Below, in pieces: positions 11,357-23,673 of a stretch of 64,000 nt of DNA. The notes beneath the pieces were generated by a model. It did no database searches. It was not told the DNA's origin and was given only the letters and a program-made list of their open reading frames with translations. The position numbers and the translations under genes are program-made. Each line of letters opens with the position of its first letter. Within the stretch, counting starts at the first letter, position 1. The stretch spans positions 40,362,001 through 40,426,000 of the forward strand of contig NC_083226.1 of the NCBI RefSeq assembly GCF_032191835.1, written 5' to 3'. Origin of the DNA: Heteronotia binoei (lineage: Eukaryota).

Positions 11357-12214
11357 CAGGGGTGTCGAACTCATTTTTATGAAAGCTGGATCTGACATAA
11401 ATGGGACTTTGTGGGGCCAGGCCATGCATATCATAAAATGTAAAGCCAGGTAGTAGAGATATAAACTTTATAAAGGATACAGTGAAACAAAATTAAAGAT
11501 ATTATTTTTACTTTAAATACAATGCTTAAAACTCTTGCAATGATTTGTTTAAAATGGAAAAGTGGAGAATAATGGGATTTGGCAATGCAATTTTAAAAAA
11601 AATAAAACATCAAGAAAAAGCACAAGGATCACAGCACAAGCTAAAATTATAAACCAAAAATATAAAATGCTCTGGACTTAGGAAAACATGAAATGGCTGG
11701 GCACTGCAAGCTTCTCCCCCTGCCTCCAGGTTCACTCAGATTAGCAATGGCTCTCCAGTGCAATATCCCCCTTTGGTTGTGAGTTCCCAGGTTATAGTAC
11801 TCACTAGGCACCAGTTTTTAGGTCCATTCAGCAGAGACATGCTGGCTCAAAGCATCAACCCTTTATTTGCAAGGTCACACAACTACAGCAAGGAACAGCT
11901 TCTAACTGGCCATATAAACGCTGGAAAGTGAAACTGAATGCCACTCCATTAAAATACATTGAAACACAGACAAAGCTGCAAGGAAAACATGGAATGGATT
12001 TTCCATTAAGGTTTCTATGCCCAAACAGACTACTCCCATAGTGGTATCTCTAGGCACAGAGACCGTAATGGAAAGTCCATTCTGCATTTTCTTTGCAGCT
12101 TTCCAAGCCCAGAATTGCTTCCTGCTTCAGTATGCAAAGCCAAAGAAGAAGGAGCTGGGAACTTCAGCAGCCTGGGAGCTTCAAAGGATCAGGGCCAGAT
12201 ATTTTACACCTCTG
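11357..12214. mobile_element. Charlie-like hAT non-autonomous element (~860 bp)
   Basis: TIRs caggggtgtcgaac / ttttacacctctg; 8-bp TSD atctatta/atctagaa; internal hairpin aatggattttccattaagg...taatggaaagtccatt. Confidence 0.8.
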
Positions 12215-13494
12215 ATCTAGAACTTCTCTGCTGACTTGCTAGATATTTACTTGCAGGCAACCTTTACAAAGGAAATTGTGTTCTTCACTGGCAATCTAAG
12301 ATGGTACGGTCTCCTACCTCATTTTGATAGTTGCATATGTAGATCAGTCACTGTTTCAAGATGTCAGACATTTTTTACAATTTGTGTGCATCCTTTGGGG
12401 ATCTTTTGTGGGTCTTTAAAAAAAATTCTACACAACAAGCCATTTTAGATTAATAAAGTGAAAACACCCCACAAACAAGAAAAAATGAGGGATAAAATAA
12501 CAAGACCAGTGGTGCAGCTAAGGATTCATATAGATCAGATTCTGTCTGGAATCCTGACCATCTCATCATCCAGACCTATTGGCACAACTGCAAGGGAACT
12601 GAAGGGGTATGGGAATGGTCCTATAGACCTAGTGACAACACAGTACTGCACTGGCAAACAGAGAAGAGGGTATTTGAGAACCTTCACACAAGATACTTGT
12701 GTAAATATTTCAAATCTGTATGCTTAAGTAAATTCCTAGCCATCGACTGCTGTTCAAGATATGCAAATAAGTGTGTGTTTCAACAGATGATATGTTGTTG
12801 GGGCCACATAAAGCCTGTTGAGACTTTTGCAAAGAACACTGAACTAGATGGGTGTTGGTCTGATCCTGCAAGATATGCTGTATGTTCTTAAACAAGATTA
12901 TATCATCTAACAAAATTTAGGGATCCTGGACTACTATTTTAAATTGGCAAAGGAAATCAGTGGACTATAGGGATTCAAGTTGAAAAAACAAAACAGACCA
13001 CACAAGACTGAAAGCTGCCCAACCCTTGTCTCAGAACTGCTAATATGTTGGTACAACACAGCCAAAGTTAAACATTTCAAACTTCCACTCAGTTCAAAAC
13101 ACTTATTGCACATTAGTTGAAATTAATGACTCAAACTATTCAAATACTATACTAATTATGTCTTCTTCATAATTCACTAAATAGTTTAGACAGAACACAT
13201 TCATTACGTTTTGTTAGTCTCTCACTTTTGAATGACTAAAGCTCATTTCTGTTTCAAGGAATAAAGAAAATTATATGGTCAGGGAGCTAAGCCATCCTGC
13301 TGAGACCATGAGAGCTATTTTTGCCTCTGAAAGTAGTCCATGTAGATCTCCAGAAACACAGTAATGAGTGACAACATCTCATTCTGAAGAACTTATGAAT
13401 GTCAGTCTTCAACATAAGTTAACAATGGTTTCTTTTCAAAAAGCGACATTTTGCACGAAGTCTGCTATAACCTGCTTTTGCTTCCATTGATTTT

Positions 13495-13743
13495 AGAAGA
13501 CGAATAAGATATTGGATTTATATCCCGCCCTATACTCTGAATCTCAGAGTGGTCACAATCTCCTTTACCACTAACCCACAACAGACACCCTGTGAGGTAG
13601 GTGGGGATGAGAACTGGACAACTCCTATAAGAGCTATGGCTGACCCAAGGTCATTCCATCAGCTGCAAGTGGAGGAGTGGGGAATCAAACCCAGTTCTCC
13701 CAGATAAGAGTCCGCACACTTAACCACTATACCAAACTGGCTC
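13495..13743 (-). mobile_element. tRNA-derived SINE with L2-like (CTT)n tail (Squam3-like)
   Basis: Minus strand begins gagccagtttggtatagtggttaag (A box)...gtttgattcc (B box) and ends gggcgggatataaatcc...cttcttc. A related partial copy is at 40464-40680. Confidence 0.8.
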
Positions 13744-14348
13744 TTTTATACCGTAAATATGCCACTAAATTCTCATATGAGCCTATGTCTGGGTGCTCAC
13801 TGGATGGATCTTTCTTGTAATATTGTAATGTACAAAAAGATTATATGACTCTTTAAAAGGTTTTACTAAACATTGTTAGTCAGTACATAACAGTGTTTGT
13901 TTTTTGTATTGCCCAGCCCTCAGATTCAGTGGGAGCTCACAGGAGCACAGCTCCTGAACCTTTCTGAGAGTTCCTCCTCCTCCTCCTGTTCCTCCTCGTC
14001 GTCCATTGAATAATATGTGCAGCTGCATAACAATCCCTGGATGAGCTCCACCACCTATTTTTCTACAAAATGACCTCTGCCTGTAATATAAGCTGTGATC
14101 CCAGATTGTTGGTTTTTCTGCTTCAAACTGCAGCCGAAGTTAGAACTTTTCTTAAAAGCCATTAATGACAATGCAGAACCACCATGAATTTGCAGGATAA
14201 ACATATTATAAATAAATAAATAAATAAAATAATGTGCAGATAATTTTCCTTAACATTCAATGTGCTGGTTATCCAGATTTGGATTTAGAATTTATCAAAT
14301 CTGAAATTTCCAAATATTTGACACTCCATTAGAATCAATAGAAATATT

Positions 14349-14537
14349 CAGGGCTATTTTTGTAGAAAACGCCCAGCAAGAAATCATTTGCAAATTAGGC
14401 CACACCCCATCACATTACCATTGTTTCACACAGGGCTTTATTGTAGAAAAAGCTCAGCGGGAACCCATTTGCCCATTAGGCCACACCTCCTGGCACCAAG
14501 CCAGCCAGAACTGCATTCCTGCTCAAAAAAAGCCCTG
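14349..14537. mobile_element. Octamer-family hAT MITE (two-unit form)
   Basis: cagggctattttt...aaaaaaagccctg; TSD gaaatatt/gaaatagc. Other copies at 3586-3775 and 38613-38806; a related element at 13914-14079. Confidence 0.8.
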
Positions 14538-15527
14538 GAAATAGCTCCCATTTTATTTTAAATTTTTTTGCATTTTCCATATAAAACACACACTCTCACA
14601 AAGGTAGCCCACATTTTCAAAGGTTGCCCTCAGCCCTCTGATGCCTTTCCAGTGCCTATATTAGCCCCAAAGAGTTGAGAAGATGTGGCAAGTACATACA
14701 GCAATAACCACTATTGACAGGTACCTATGGTTGCCAGGTCCAACTCAGAAAATATCTGGAGATTTTGGAGGTGGAGCTGGGAGACTTTGGGGTGGAGCCA
14801 GGAGACTCCCATTCCCTAAAAGAAAGAAATAAAAATACAGCAGTGCAGTTCCCCTGAATACAGTCTTCATTTCCTTATCCCCCAGCAGCTAAACTTCCAC
14901 TAAATGAAAGTGAACACCCACACACTAACAAAGCAGCCAAAATAAACACAGCTAGCAGTTACAGACCTTTACTCACATTGCTGGTGGCTGTCTGCTCACC
15001 CTGACCCTTTACAGCTTTCCAGCTGAGATGTAAAGGCGCACACACATTCAGAATCAAACAGTTACAACCCTCTTCTAAACCTGCAGAGATTTGAAGGCAC
15101 ATGGTGACTTTTGGGGCAGGGCTTCCCAGCTGGCTGACAGCGGGGGGGGGGGGGAGCATGAAAAATTGGGGATCCTGGACCTGGGAACTGGCACCACGAA
15201 TGAAATAATTGCTATCTGCCCACTGAAGTTTAATAGTGCAAATCTACCTTCCTACTAAGATCATCTTAGAAGTCCCTTATCTGATATTAGGTGGGTGACA
15301 ACCAGGTAGCTGGCCCTTTCTATAGCCACACTCCATTTATGCAATTCCTTTCTGTGGAAGATCTCCTGGATACCCTCTTTTAAAAATCTTTTTAGATACT
15401 AGCCTAATTCTGCCCTGTTTGTCCAGGCTTTTGTGTTTTCTCTTCTGTCCTTCATTTCCTTTTGTTCCTAAAGCCCTGGAAATTTACCTGTTGGCAACTT
15501 ACTGGCCAGCCTCTCACTAATTTTAAA

Positions 15528-16472
15528 CTTTTGATAAAGTTCCTCATTAAAGGCTCCTTAGTAAGCTCGAGAGTCATGGAGTAAAAGGACGGGTCCTCTT
15601 GTGGATCAAAAACTGGCTAATTAATGGGAAGCAGAGAGTGAGTATAAATGGGCAGTCTTCACAGTGGAGGACGGTAAACAGTGGGGTGCCGCAGGGCTCA
15701 GTACTGGGTCCCATGCTCTTTAACTTGTTCATTAATGATCTGGAGTTGGGAGTAAGCAATGAAGTGGCCAAGTTTGCAGATGACACTAAATTGTTCAGGG
15801 TGGTGAGAACCAGAGAGGATTGTGAAGTCCTCCAAAGGGATCTGTTAAGGCTGGGTGAGTGGGTGTCAATGTTGCAGATGAGGTTCAATGCAGCCAAGTG
15901 CAAAGTAATGCACATTGGGGCCAAGAATCCCAGCTACAAATACAAGTTGATGGGATGTGAACTGGCAGAGACTGACCAAGAGAGAGATCTTGGGGTCGTG
16001 GTAGATAACTCACTGAAATTGTCAAGACAGTGTGTGATTGCAATAAAAAAGGCCAATGCCATGCTGGGAATTATTAGGAAGGGTACTGAAAACAAATGAG
16101 CCAGTATCGTAATGCCCCTGTATAAATTGATGGTGCGGTCTCATTTGGAATACTGTGTACAAAAAGAATAATATAGCATTGGAAAAAGTGCAGAAAAGGG
16201 CAACTAGAATGATTAAAGGTTTGGAACACTTTCCCTATGAAGAAAGGTTAAAATGCTTGGGGCTCTTCAGCTTGAAGAAACATCGACTGCGGGGTGACAT
16301 GATATAGGTTTACAAGATTATGCATGGGATGGAGAAAGTCGAGAAAGAAGTACTTTTCTCCCTTTCTCACAATACAAGAACTTGTGGGCATTCAATGAAA
16401 TTGCTGAGCAGTCAGGTTAAAATGGATAAAAGGAAGTACTTCTTCACCCAAAGGGTGATTAACATGTGGAAT
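15528..16472 (+). mobile_element. CR1 LINE ORF2 RT fragment
   Basis: FDKVPH...SGVPQGSVLGPMLFNLFINDL...KFADDTKL...ERDLGVVVD; truncated at both ends. Confidence 0.93.
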
Positions 16473-17647
16473 TTGCATCCAACATGGCTTCTCATATGTT
16501 CTTATGTTAAACAATTTCTAAGTTTGTAATGGACTTTAATGCACTGTTTTAATGTTTTATCAGTGGTTTGTCAGCAGCCTTGCATCACACGTATCAAGAA
16601 ATATATAGAATACTTTTGAAAAATAAAACAAATAAAATGAATCCATGTACTTAGCACAAAAAAACAAAGAGTAGTTGTATCTCATCCAAAAGGCAATTCA
16701 CCCTATAAAAGACCACTCTATACTTCTCAGGGACATGAGGAATATAAAACTACAAACAACAGCTCCAACAACAAATGAGTGTGGCCACTTCCATATGGAT
16801 TATTTTGCCCTGGGTTCAATACTATAGGGAAGCAGGCTTTTGTTCTTCCCCACAGCATCATGGTCCATTTGTGTATCTCTTAAGACTTCTCTGGCTTTTC
16901 TCTGACTTTTGCCAAATCTCCTTTGCTGTGAAGGTTGGGAAGAGCTCAATAGCTGTTGTGGAGGTGGGAAAGTTTCGATTTTCTCAGTCCCACCCATGTG
17001 GCAGCCATTTTCTCTTTCCTATGACAGCCATTTTCTCCCTCTACCATGGGCGGTGCTGTTTCAGTTCTTTTTTAATTGGCAATTTAATATTGTTAGTACA
17101 TGGATCAAATTATTTGAATCACTTACTTTCACTTATTTTAAAAAATAAGTAAACGGGAACAGCATCTCCACAACAAAAAGAGCTACAGATTTATTTTTTT
17201 TTAAAGAAGAAAGCTCAGAATTCAGGAACCTGATACACAGATTGTTATAACTATTCAACTGCTGATTTTTTTTTCAACATGAAAAAGTTCTGGTGGAGTT
17301 GGAGAAAGAATGGCTGCTCAAGTCAAAACATTTACACTAAATTTCTGTTCTTTTTTTTTTAATGTTGGAGACAGCGGGCAAAGCTGTCATGAGTAAGCAA
17401 TATAATTGTATGAGAAAACAGTGTAATTATGCAAACTGGTTGCATCCAAATTTGCTTGGATGCATCCAAACAGCTCCATGAACAACTGCCTCCATGTTTG
17501 CAGCTGACAAGCAAGATCTGAGCCAAACGAGCAGGTGATTAAAAATGACTAATATGATGTAAATTAAATATCACAGAAGTTTAGAGACAGCTGAAATGAG
17601 CACTTAGAAGCTAGAGAAGACAGGAGAATTTGTTATAATTGCTTTAT

Positions 17648-18683
17648 GAGCCACCGTGGTATAGTGGTTAAGAACGGTGGACTCTAACCTGGAGACCTGG
17701 ATTTTATTCCCTACACCTTCACATGTAGGCTTCCCAAACCTCCCGCTCTGGCGGGAGACTTCTGGGTTCCCAGCTTCATCTCCCGCTCTCCAAAAATTGG
17801 GAAACGGGGGGTGGGGGGGTGGAGGGGGGGAGAACATACCTGTAGGCTTCATGCTGTTAGCTCCTGAGCAGTTTGTAAAATGCCTGCTCCTTTAACGCTG
17901 GGCAGGAAGGAGGAAACAGGAAGGGCTTCTCTTCGGAGAACGGCCCCTCCCTTTCTTTGCTTTAGTTTTCACAGCAGGCAGAGGGAAGAAGACCCGGTAA
18001 GTATTTGTGTGTGTGAGAGAGGGAGGGGGGATTCCCTGGTATGGAGGCCCTTCCCCCCCTTTAGAAAGCGTGGGGGGGGGGAGGGAAATGTCTACTAGGC
18101 ACTCTATTATTCCCTATGGAGAACAATTCCCATAGGGAATAATAGGGAATTGATCCATGGGTATTGGGGGCTCTGGGGGGGCAATTTTTTGAGGTAGAGG
18201 CACCAGATTTTTAGTATAGCATCTAGTGCCTCTCCCCAAAATACCCCCCAAGTTTCAAAACGATTGGACCAGAGGGTCCAATTATATGAGCCCCAAAAGA
18301 CAGTGCCCCTATCCTTAATTATTTCCTATGGAAGAAAGGCATTTAAAAAGGTGAGCTGTCCCTTTAAATGTGATGGCCAGAACTCCCTTGGAGTTCAATT
18401 ATGCTTGTCACATCCTTGTTCCTGGCTCCACCCCCAATGTCTCCTGGCCCCACCCCCAAAGTCTCCTGGCTCCGCCCCCAAAGTCCCCAGATTTTTCTTT
18501 AATTGGACTTGGCAACCCTATTCACATGAAGCCTGCTGGGTTGACCTTGGGCCAGTCACAAGTTCTTTCAGAGTTCTCTCAGCCACACCTACATAAAAAT
18601 GTGTTGCTGGGAGAGGAAGGGAAAGGTGATTTTTAAATGCTTAGGGTAGAGAAAAGCGGAGTATAAAACCAACTCTTCTTCTT
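17648..18683 (+). mobile_element. tRNA-derived SINE interrupted by a hAT element
   Basis: Head gagccaccgtggtatagtggttaag at 17648; the body resumes at 18521 and ends in a (ctt)n tail. Confidence 0.8.
17726..18520. mobile_element. 795-bp non-autonomous hAT-type element (TAGGGTTGCCAA-type TIRs)
   Basis: Ends taggcttcccaa / ttggcaacccta; perfect 8-bp TSD ttcacatg (17718-17725, 18521-18528). Related interior at 63478-63942. Confidence 0.88.
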
Positions 18684-19082
18684 CTATGAACAATTAAATT
18701 TTAATTCATAAAGCTGTCTAGTCCTACTCCTTTCTGCTGCAATACTTTGAGAGTATATGGGAGTAAACACAGCTGAACACAGTGAGAGTTGCACTGAGTA
18801 AGCATACATAGAATTGAATTGTAATTCTGTAAACCTAACCAAAATTATTTGGAAATTCTCTTGAAATAGAACGTGTTTCTCAATAAACATGGTTAGGATC
18901 AGGCAGCAAACCTGAACACAATTTCACAGAAATAAACATCATTGATTTGAATGGAACTTAGCCATTCAGGAATATGTTTACAACTAAGCATAAACATGGA
19001 AAGAACAGGCCAAGGGCAAAACTTAGCTCACAAGCAAAGTAAAATCAGTTTAGTTTCACTTAAAATTTAATCCAGTTTAAAA

Positions 19083-19296
19083 CAAGCCAGTGTGGTGCAC
19101 TGGTTCGAGTGCTGGACTAGGACCAAGAAGTCCCAGTTTCAGATCCCTGCTAGGCATAAAACTTGCTGGGTGACCTTGGACCACACAATCTCTCTCTCAG
19201 TCTAACCTATCTCACAAGTTCGTTTGTGGGGATAAAATAGAGGGTAAAACCAAAGTTCTTTGGAGGAAGGTCAGAATAAAAATGGACTAAATAAAC
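19083..19296 (+). mobile_element. Older tRNA/CORE-like SINE
   Basis: agccagtgtggtgcactggtt head, gggtgaccttgg core, aataaa tail. Related copies at ~29240-29920 (split by L2), ~41262-41478 (-) and ~48780-49002 (-). Confidence 0.6.
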
Positions 19297-21109
19297 TATG
19301 GAAGTAAACTGTCCGAAGTATTTAAATTTAGCTGGCTTGCAGACAGATGTGTCACACTGCCATCCTTAGCTCAATGCCCTTCTAAGCCCACTGATTTCAT
19401 TGAAACTAGAGAGCTGTAACTCTTAGGATTCCACTCTTTAACAATTCTAGGAAGCATGGCTAACTTTAAGAGATTACTTTTTATTTGAATGGGGGGGGGG
19501 AAAATCATGTAATTCTTATTTTATTCCCAAAGATCAGTCTCAGTATCTCTGTAGTTCATTAATTTAAGATTAAATGCCTTTATTGTTTTGTAGAATACTG
19601 AAATATTCCTTATAATTGGCTATTCTAGTTTGTGTTCAGGAAGATTAATTTGATGCTGCAAAACCTTTTAAATTTTATTTCTGGTCTTAATCTCTCTCTT
19701 TTTAAAATGATGTTGGCAAGTTTAGCTGAAAACATTAGCAAGCTTAGCTGAAAACATTAATGTAGATCTTTTATTACGCTCATAGTTCAGTAATAACCTT
19801 GAATCAGATCCCAGTCCCATAGTCAAGTCTGTTACAGAGCAGCTTTTTCTACAGTGTGCCAGGATCCATATAATTTTGGTTTGACACTGCAGCTGAAACT
19901 GACTTCAAACATATACTGCCTTACAAATGCAGAACAGCATACAAGCAACAAAATTTATTTTCACAACATCAAACCAGCCATAGGGACTTTATCCCCAGCT
20001 GCAGGTTTGCCTATACGTATACAAGCAGATATGTCACTTGTCAAATAAAACTTAATCATAGGCAAGGGTAGCAGAGCCATGAAGTTATGCCACATGTTCC
20101 TTTAAGAAGACTTTTTAAATAACCCTTTTAATCACATTTTATTTTGTTCAACAGTGCCACAGAAGCAGGGAAGGGGGGGACAAAGAACAGTCAAAGACCC
20201 TAATGATGCCTTTCCCAATTCAATTTGTAAACAGTCTCTAGTATGGAAAATGACTGATGCAAAAGGACCTTTTCTAACCCCTCATATAGCTGAACTTGTG
20301 ACTGCTGCTGTTCCAGTGAACACCTAAAACAGGTGGGCAGAAGGTAACTCAGGAGAGACGAGCCACTATCCAAACAAGTAAAACTAGCTCTCCATCCCTC
20401 CTCCAATGCTGATATAGTAACATTCTTATCCTTCCTCTTGACACTATCACAACAGCTTCTTTCCTCTTTCTCTTTTCACCAAGAGAAGGAAGCAGAGGAC
20501 CACACATACATACCTTTGCTCTGGATGGGGAAACGACAGTATCAATACTCTTTCCCACCTGTCTCCCCCTCTCTTCCTTCTTGTAGGTACCCTTGCTCTG
20601 TTACTATCACTTTTTCTCTGCAATAAAATTGTTATTGGACTCTTCCAAGGAAAACATAAAGGTAACTAACTACATATCTTCCCTCCAGAACAAGTGACAA
20701 ATGGTAATGGAGGTGGCTTGCTTTGGGAAAAGAACAGAAGAAAGGTCTTCCCACTTGAGCACTTGTACTGAAAATCAAACTTTTATTTATCAGCTGCCAT
20801 TTTGTGAATGGTCTCACCCACCAAGCCACAATTTTGTGATTGAAAGATTCCAAGACTCTTGAAAAAAATTCAGGAGCTATTAGAAACACAGTGTCTGATC
20901 TCTCGTGCCCTAAGGCTGATCCAGGAGTCTTTATGGGAAAATATTCCTTTGTACAGATATAGTCAAGCAATAAATGATGGAATCTGAATTACTAAATAAT
21001 TAATTATTATTATATGGCAGTGTGTGTGATATAGCCAGGAGATCCTAAAATTTTCTGGCAGCCAAACACTCTAGCTCTTTTAGTGTTATACAAAACTAGG
21101 TGGTGGACT

Positions 21110-21276
21110 AGACTTGCTTTTACGGCAAGCGATGTTTCAGACGTGGTTCACCATTGTCTGCGTCATGACGATGGTATTCTTTGGAGGTCTCCCATCCAAA
21201 TATTAGCCTGGCCCAATCCTGCTTAGCTTTTGAGTTGTGATGAGATCAAGTTAACCTGGGCTATCGAGGTCAGGGC
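21110..21276 (-). mobile_element. 5S rRNA-derived SINE copy
   Basis: Reverse complement reads gccctgacctcgatagcccagg...aagctaagcagg...ttggatgggagacc. Confidence 0.75.
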
Positions 21277-21479
21277 CATCTGAATTTCTGGTGGATAACA
21301 TTAAATGTACTTGACAGTTATTTTAACATGTCTAAAGGATTCTTTTTAGGTTATCCTTTACCTTGTAATATAATGCTGATAAAAAGTGCACTGCTTTCCC
21401 ATCTGAGTGAGACAGTTTATACAGTCTATCCTGTCCCAGTTACCATAAGTGGAATGAGAAATGTCAAATTGGATTAAAA

Positions 21480-21915
21480 AAAGGCAGAGGCACTAGGGAT
21501 CATATTACAAATTTATATGGATTACTGGAGCGAAAACTGGTAGAAGGAACATTGATAATTCTGAGATATGCAGATGACACCACATTACTAGTGAAGACTT
21601 GAAAGGACTCCTGATGAAGATTAAAGCATAAAGTGCCAAAGCAGAATTACAGCTGTACATCCATGAAAACAAAAGTAATGACTATTAGGGGAAGTACATA
21701 ACAGTAAGGTTGATGATGAAGAATTGTTGAAGATTTTCTATTCCTTGAGTTCATCATCAACCAAAAGGGAGACTGCAACCAAGAAATCAGATGGACCCTG
21801 AGACTGGGAAAGGCAACCATAAAGGAACTAGAAAAGATTCTTAAGTGTGAGGATGTGTTGCTGGCAACCAAGAGTAAGAATTCATAGCATGGTCTTTCTC
21901 ATGACCATGTATTGG
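21480..21915 (+). mobile_element. RTE-clade LINE RT fragment
   Basis: LRYADDTTLL motif (ctgagatatgcagatgacaccacattacta) followed by a degraded RTE thumb region. Confidence 0.8.
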
Positions 21916-22019
21916 ATTCTCCAACTATGTAGTGGGGTACATCACATGTCACGGAAGAACTGCTGATATTGCTTGACAAATGAACTCATTTCTTAAGAAT
22001 TAAAGAGTCTCCTGGGAGC

Positions 22020-22108
22020 CAACAGTGAAATCCTATGCAAAGTTACACCCTTCTAAGTTCATTGTAATTAATGGCCTGAGATGTAACTCTGCTTAGGACT
22101 CCACTGCA
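22020..22108. repeat. ~85-bp hairpin MITE family (cagtgcaatcct...aggattgcactg type)
   Basis: Degraded palindromic copies at ~10315-10392, ~19375-19440, ~22020-22108, ~39300-39388 and ~42436-42505. Confidence 0.6.
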
Positions 22109-23174
22109 AAGCACCCACATGAGAAGGCTACTGTAACAGCTCTGCATAATTTTTCAGTTCTGCATGATATTTTACTTCAGTCTCTAACGGTGGAAGGGCA
22201 AGTCTGCAATATCTTCAGAGTAATCAGATCACTCAGTCACTCCCAGTGCAGAGCCGCAGCAGAATGACATACTCTCAGAAAATACACTACCCCCAAAACC
22301 GACTAACGTGAAAGGTAGCCTCCTTGAGGTGTCTAAATTGTGCTTTTGCTTTTCATGTAAAAGACTGATAGGTCTTAATCCATTTTAAAAAAAACACTCA
22401 AGCTATCAGAAATTTGGGAAACATCTAAAACTTACTATCCTCCTAAATGATATTCACATAAACCTCTCTAGCACCAAAACCATTTGCAGTGGCTAAGTAG
22501 GTTTATTAAGCGCTACTCACCAGATGTTCAAAGCATGGGGGGGATGGTCGAAGCTTGACATCAAAGCAGAGTAATATTAAAATATATTCTAGGCCACAAT
22601 CTTTTAATTTAAAGTTAAACCAATTTTAATGGTAAAGCATATTCCATAATTAAAGATTAAGAGATCAGAATTTACCAGCATATATCAATGGTTTCTAGGA
22701 ATGAATAACCGCAGCTAGTTTTCTGTACGACTTCAATCACGCTGCTGACTAGAATCATTGTTGTTATGCTTCTACATCTATATAGGGCAAAACGGGGGAA
22801 AGAAGCAGGCTGGAAAACAATAAAGTTCTCTGACCCAACTGTAACAAACTCCATTTCAGTATCTGGGCCCTTTCAGGGAGGGTTGCCAACTTCCAGGTGG
22901 TGGCTGGAGATCTCCCAGAATTACAACCAAATGACAGAGTTTGGTTACCCTAGAGAAAAAGGCTGTTTAGAAGGCAGACTGTATGGCTTTATAACCAGCT
23001 GAAGTCCCTCCCCTCCTCAAACTCTCCACCCCTCCAAACTCCAAGTATTTCCCAATCCAGAGCCAGCAACCCTACTATCAAGTCAAGCTAACTCTCTTAG
23101 AGTGATGGATTAATTCCTTTACATTATTGCTTAGCTTCAGGAAGACTTGCTAAAGATTCCCTCCAATCAGGTTT

Positions 23175-23673
23175 AGAGGATGCCTGGGAAATGTTGACCT
23201 CCAGAACAACTGGCAATTCTCTCCCCCCTCCTGCCCTCACCCTTTGAAGCTCAGAGGCTGACAACAACGTTCTGAGCTCCTTCCGCCTTGTCTTTGCTGA
23301 CTTCCATTGGAAGCTCTTCTGAGTTTGCAAAGCTGCAGGGAAAACACAGAATGGATTTTCCATTAAGGTCTCTGCACTGATCCATCTGGGCCCAGAGACC
23401 TTAATGGAAAATCCATTCCATGTTTTCGTTGCAACTTTGTGCTGCAGTGTATTTAAGTGGATTGGAGTGGAATTAAAGCAGTTTCACTATTCCCCCACCT
23501 TTCTGTTTTAAACAAAATAGCACAAGAGTTTTAAGCATATATGTATTTGTATCCTTTATAAAGTTTATATCTCCACTATCTGGTAATACATTTTATGACG
23601 TGCATGGCTCAGTCCCACAAAGTTCCATTTGTGTCAAATCCATCCCTCATAACTAATAAGTTCAACACCTCTG
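23175..23673 (-). mobile_element. Charlie-like hAT element, same family, reverse orientation
   Basis: Ends gttcaacacctctg at 23673 and has the same internal hairpin; left boundary uncertain. Confidence 0.7.
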
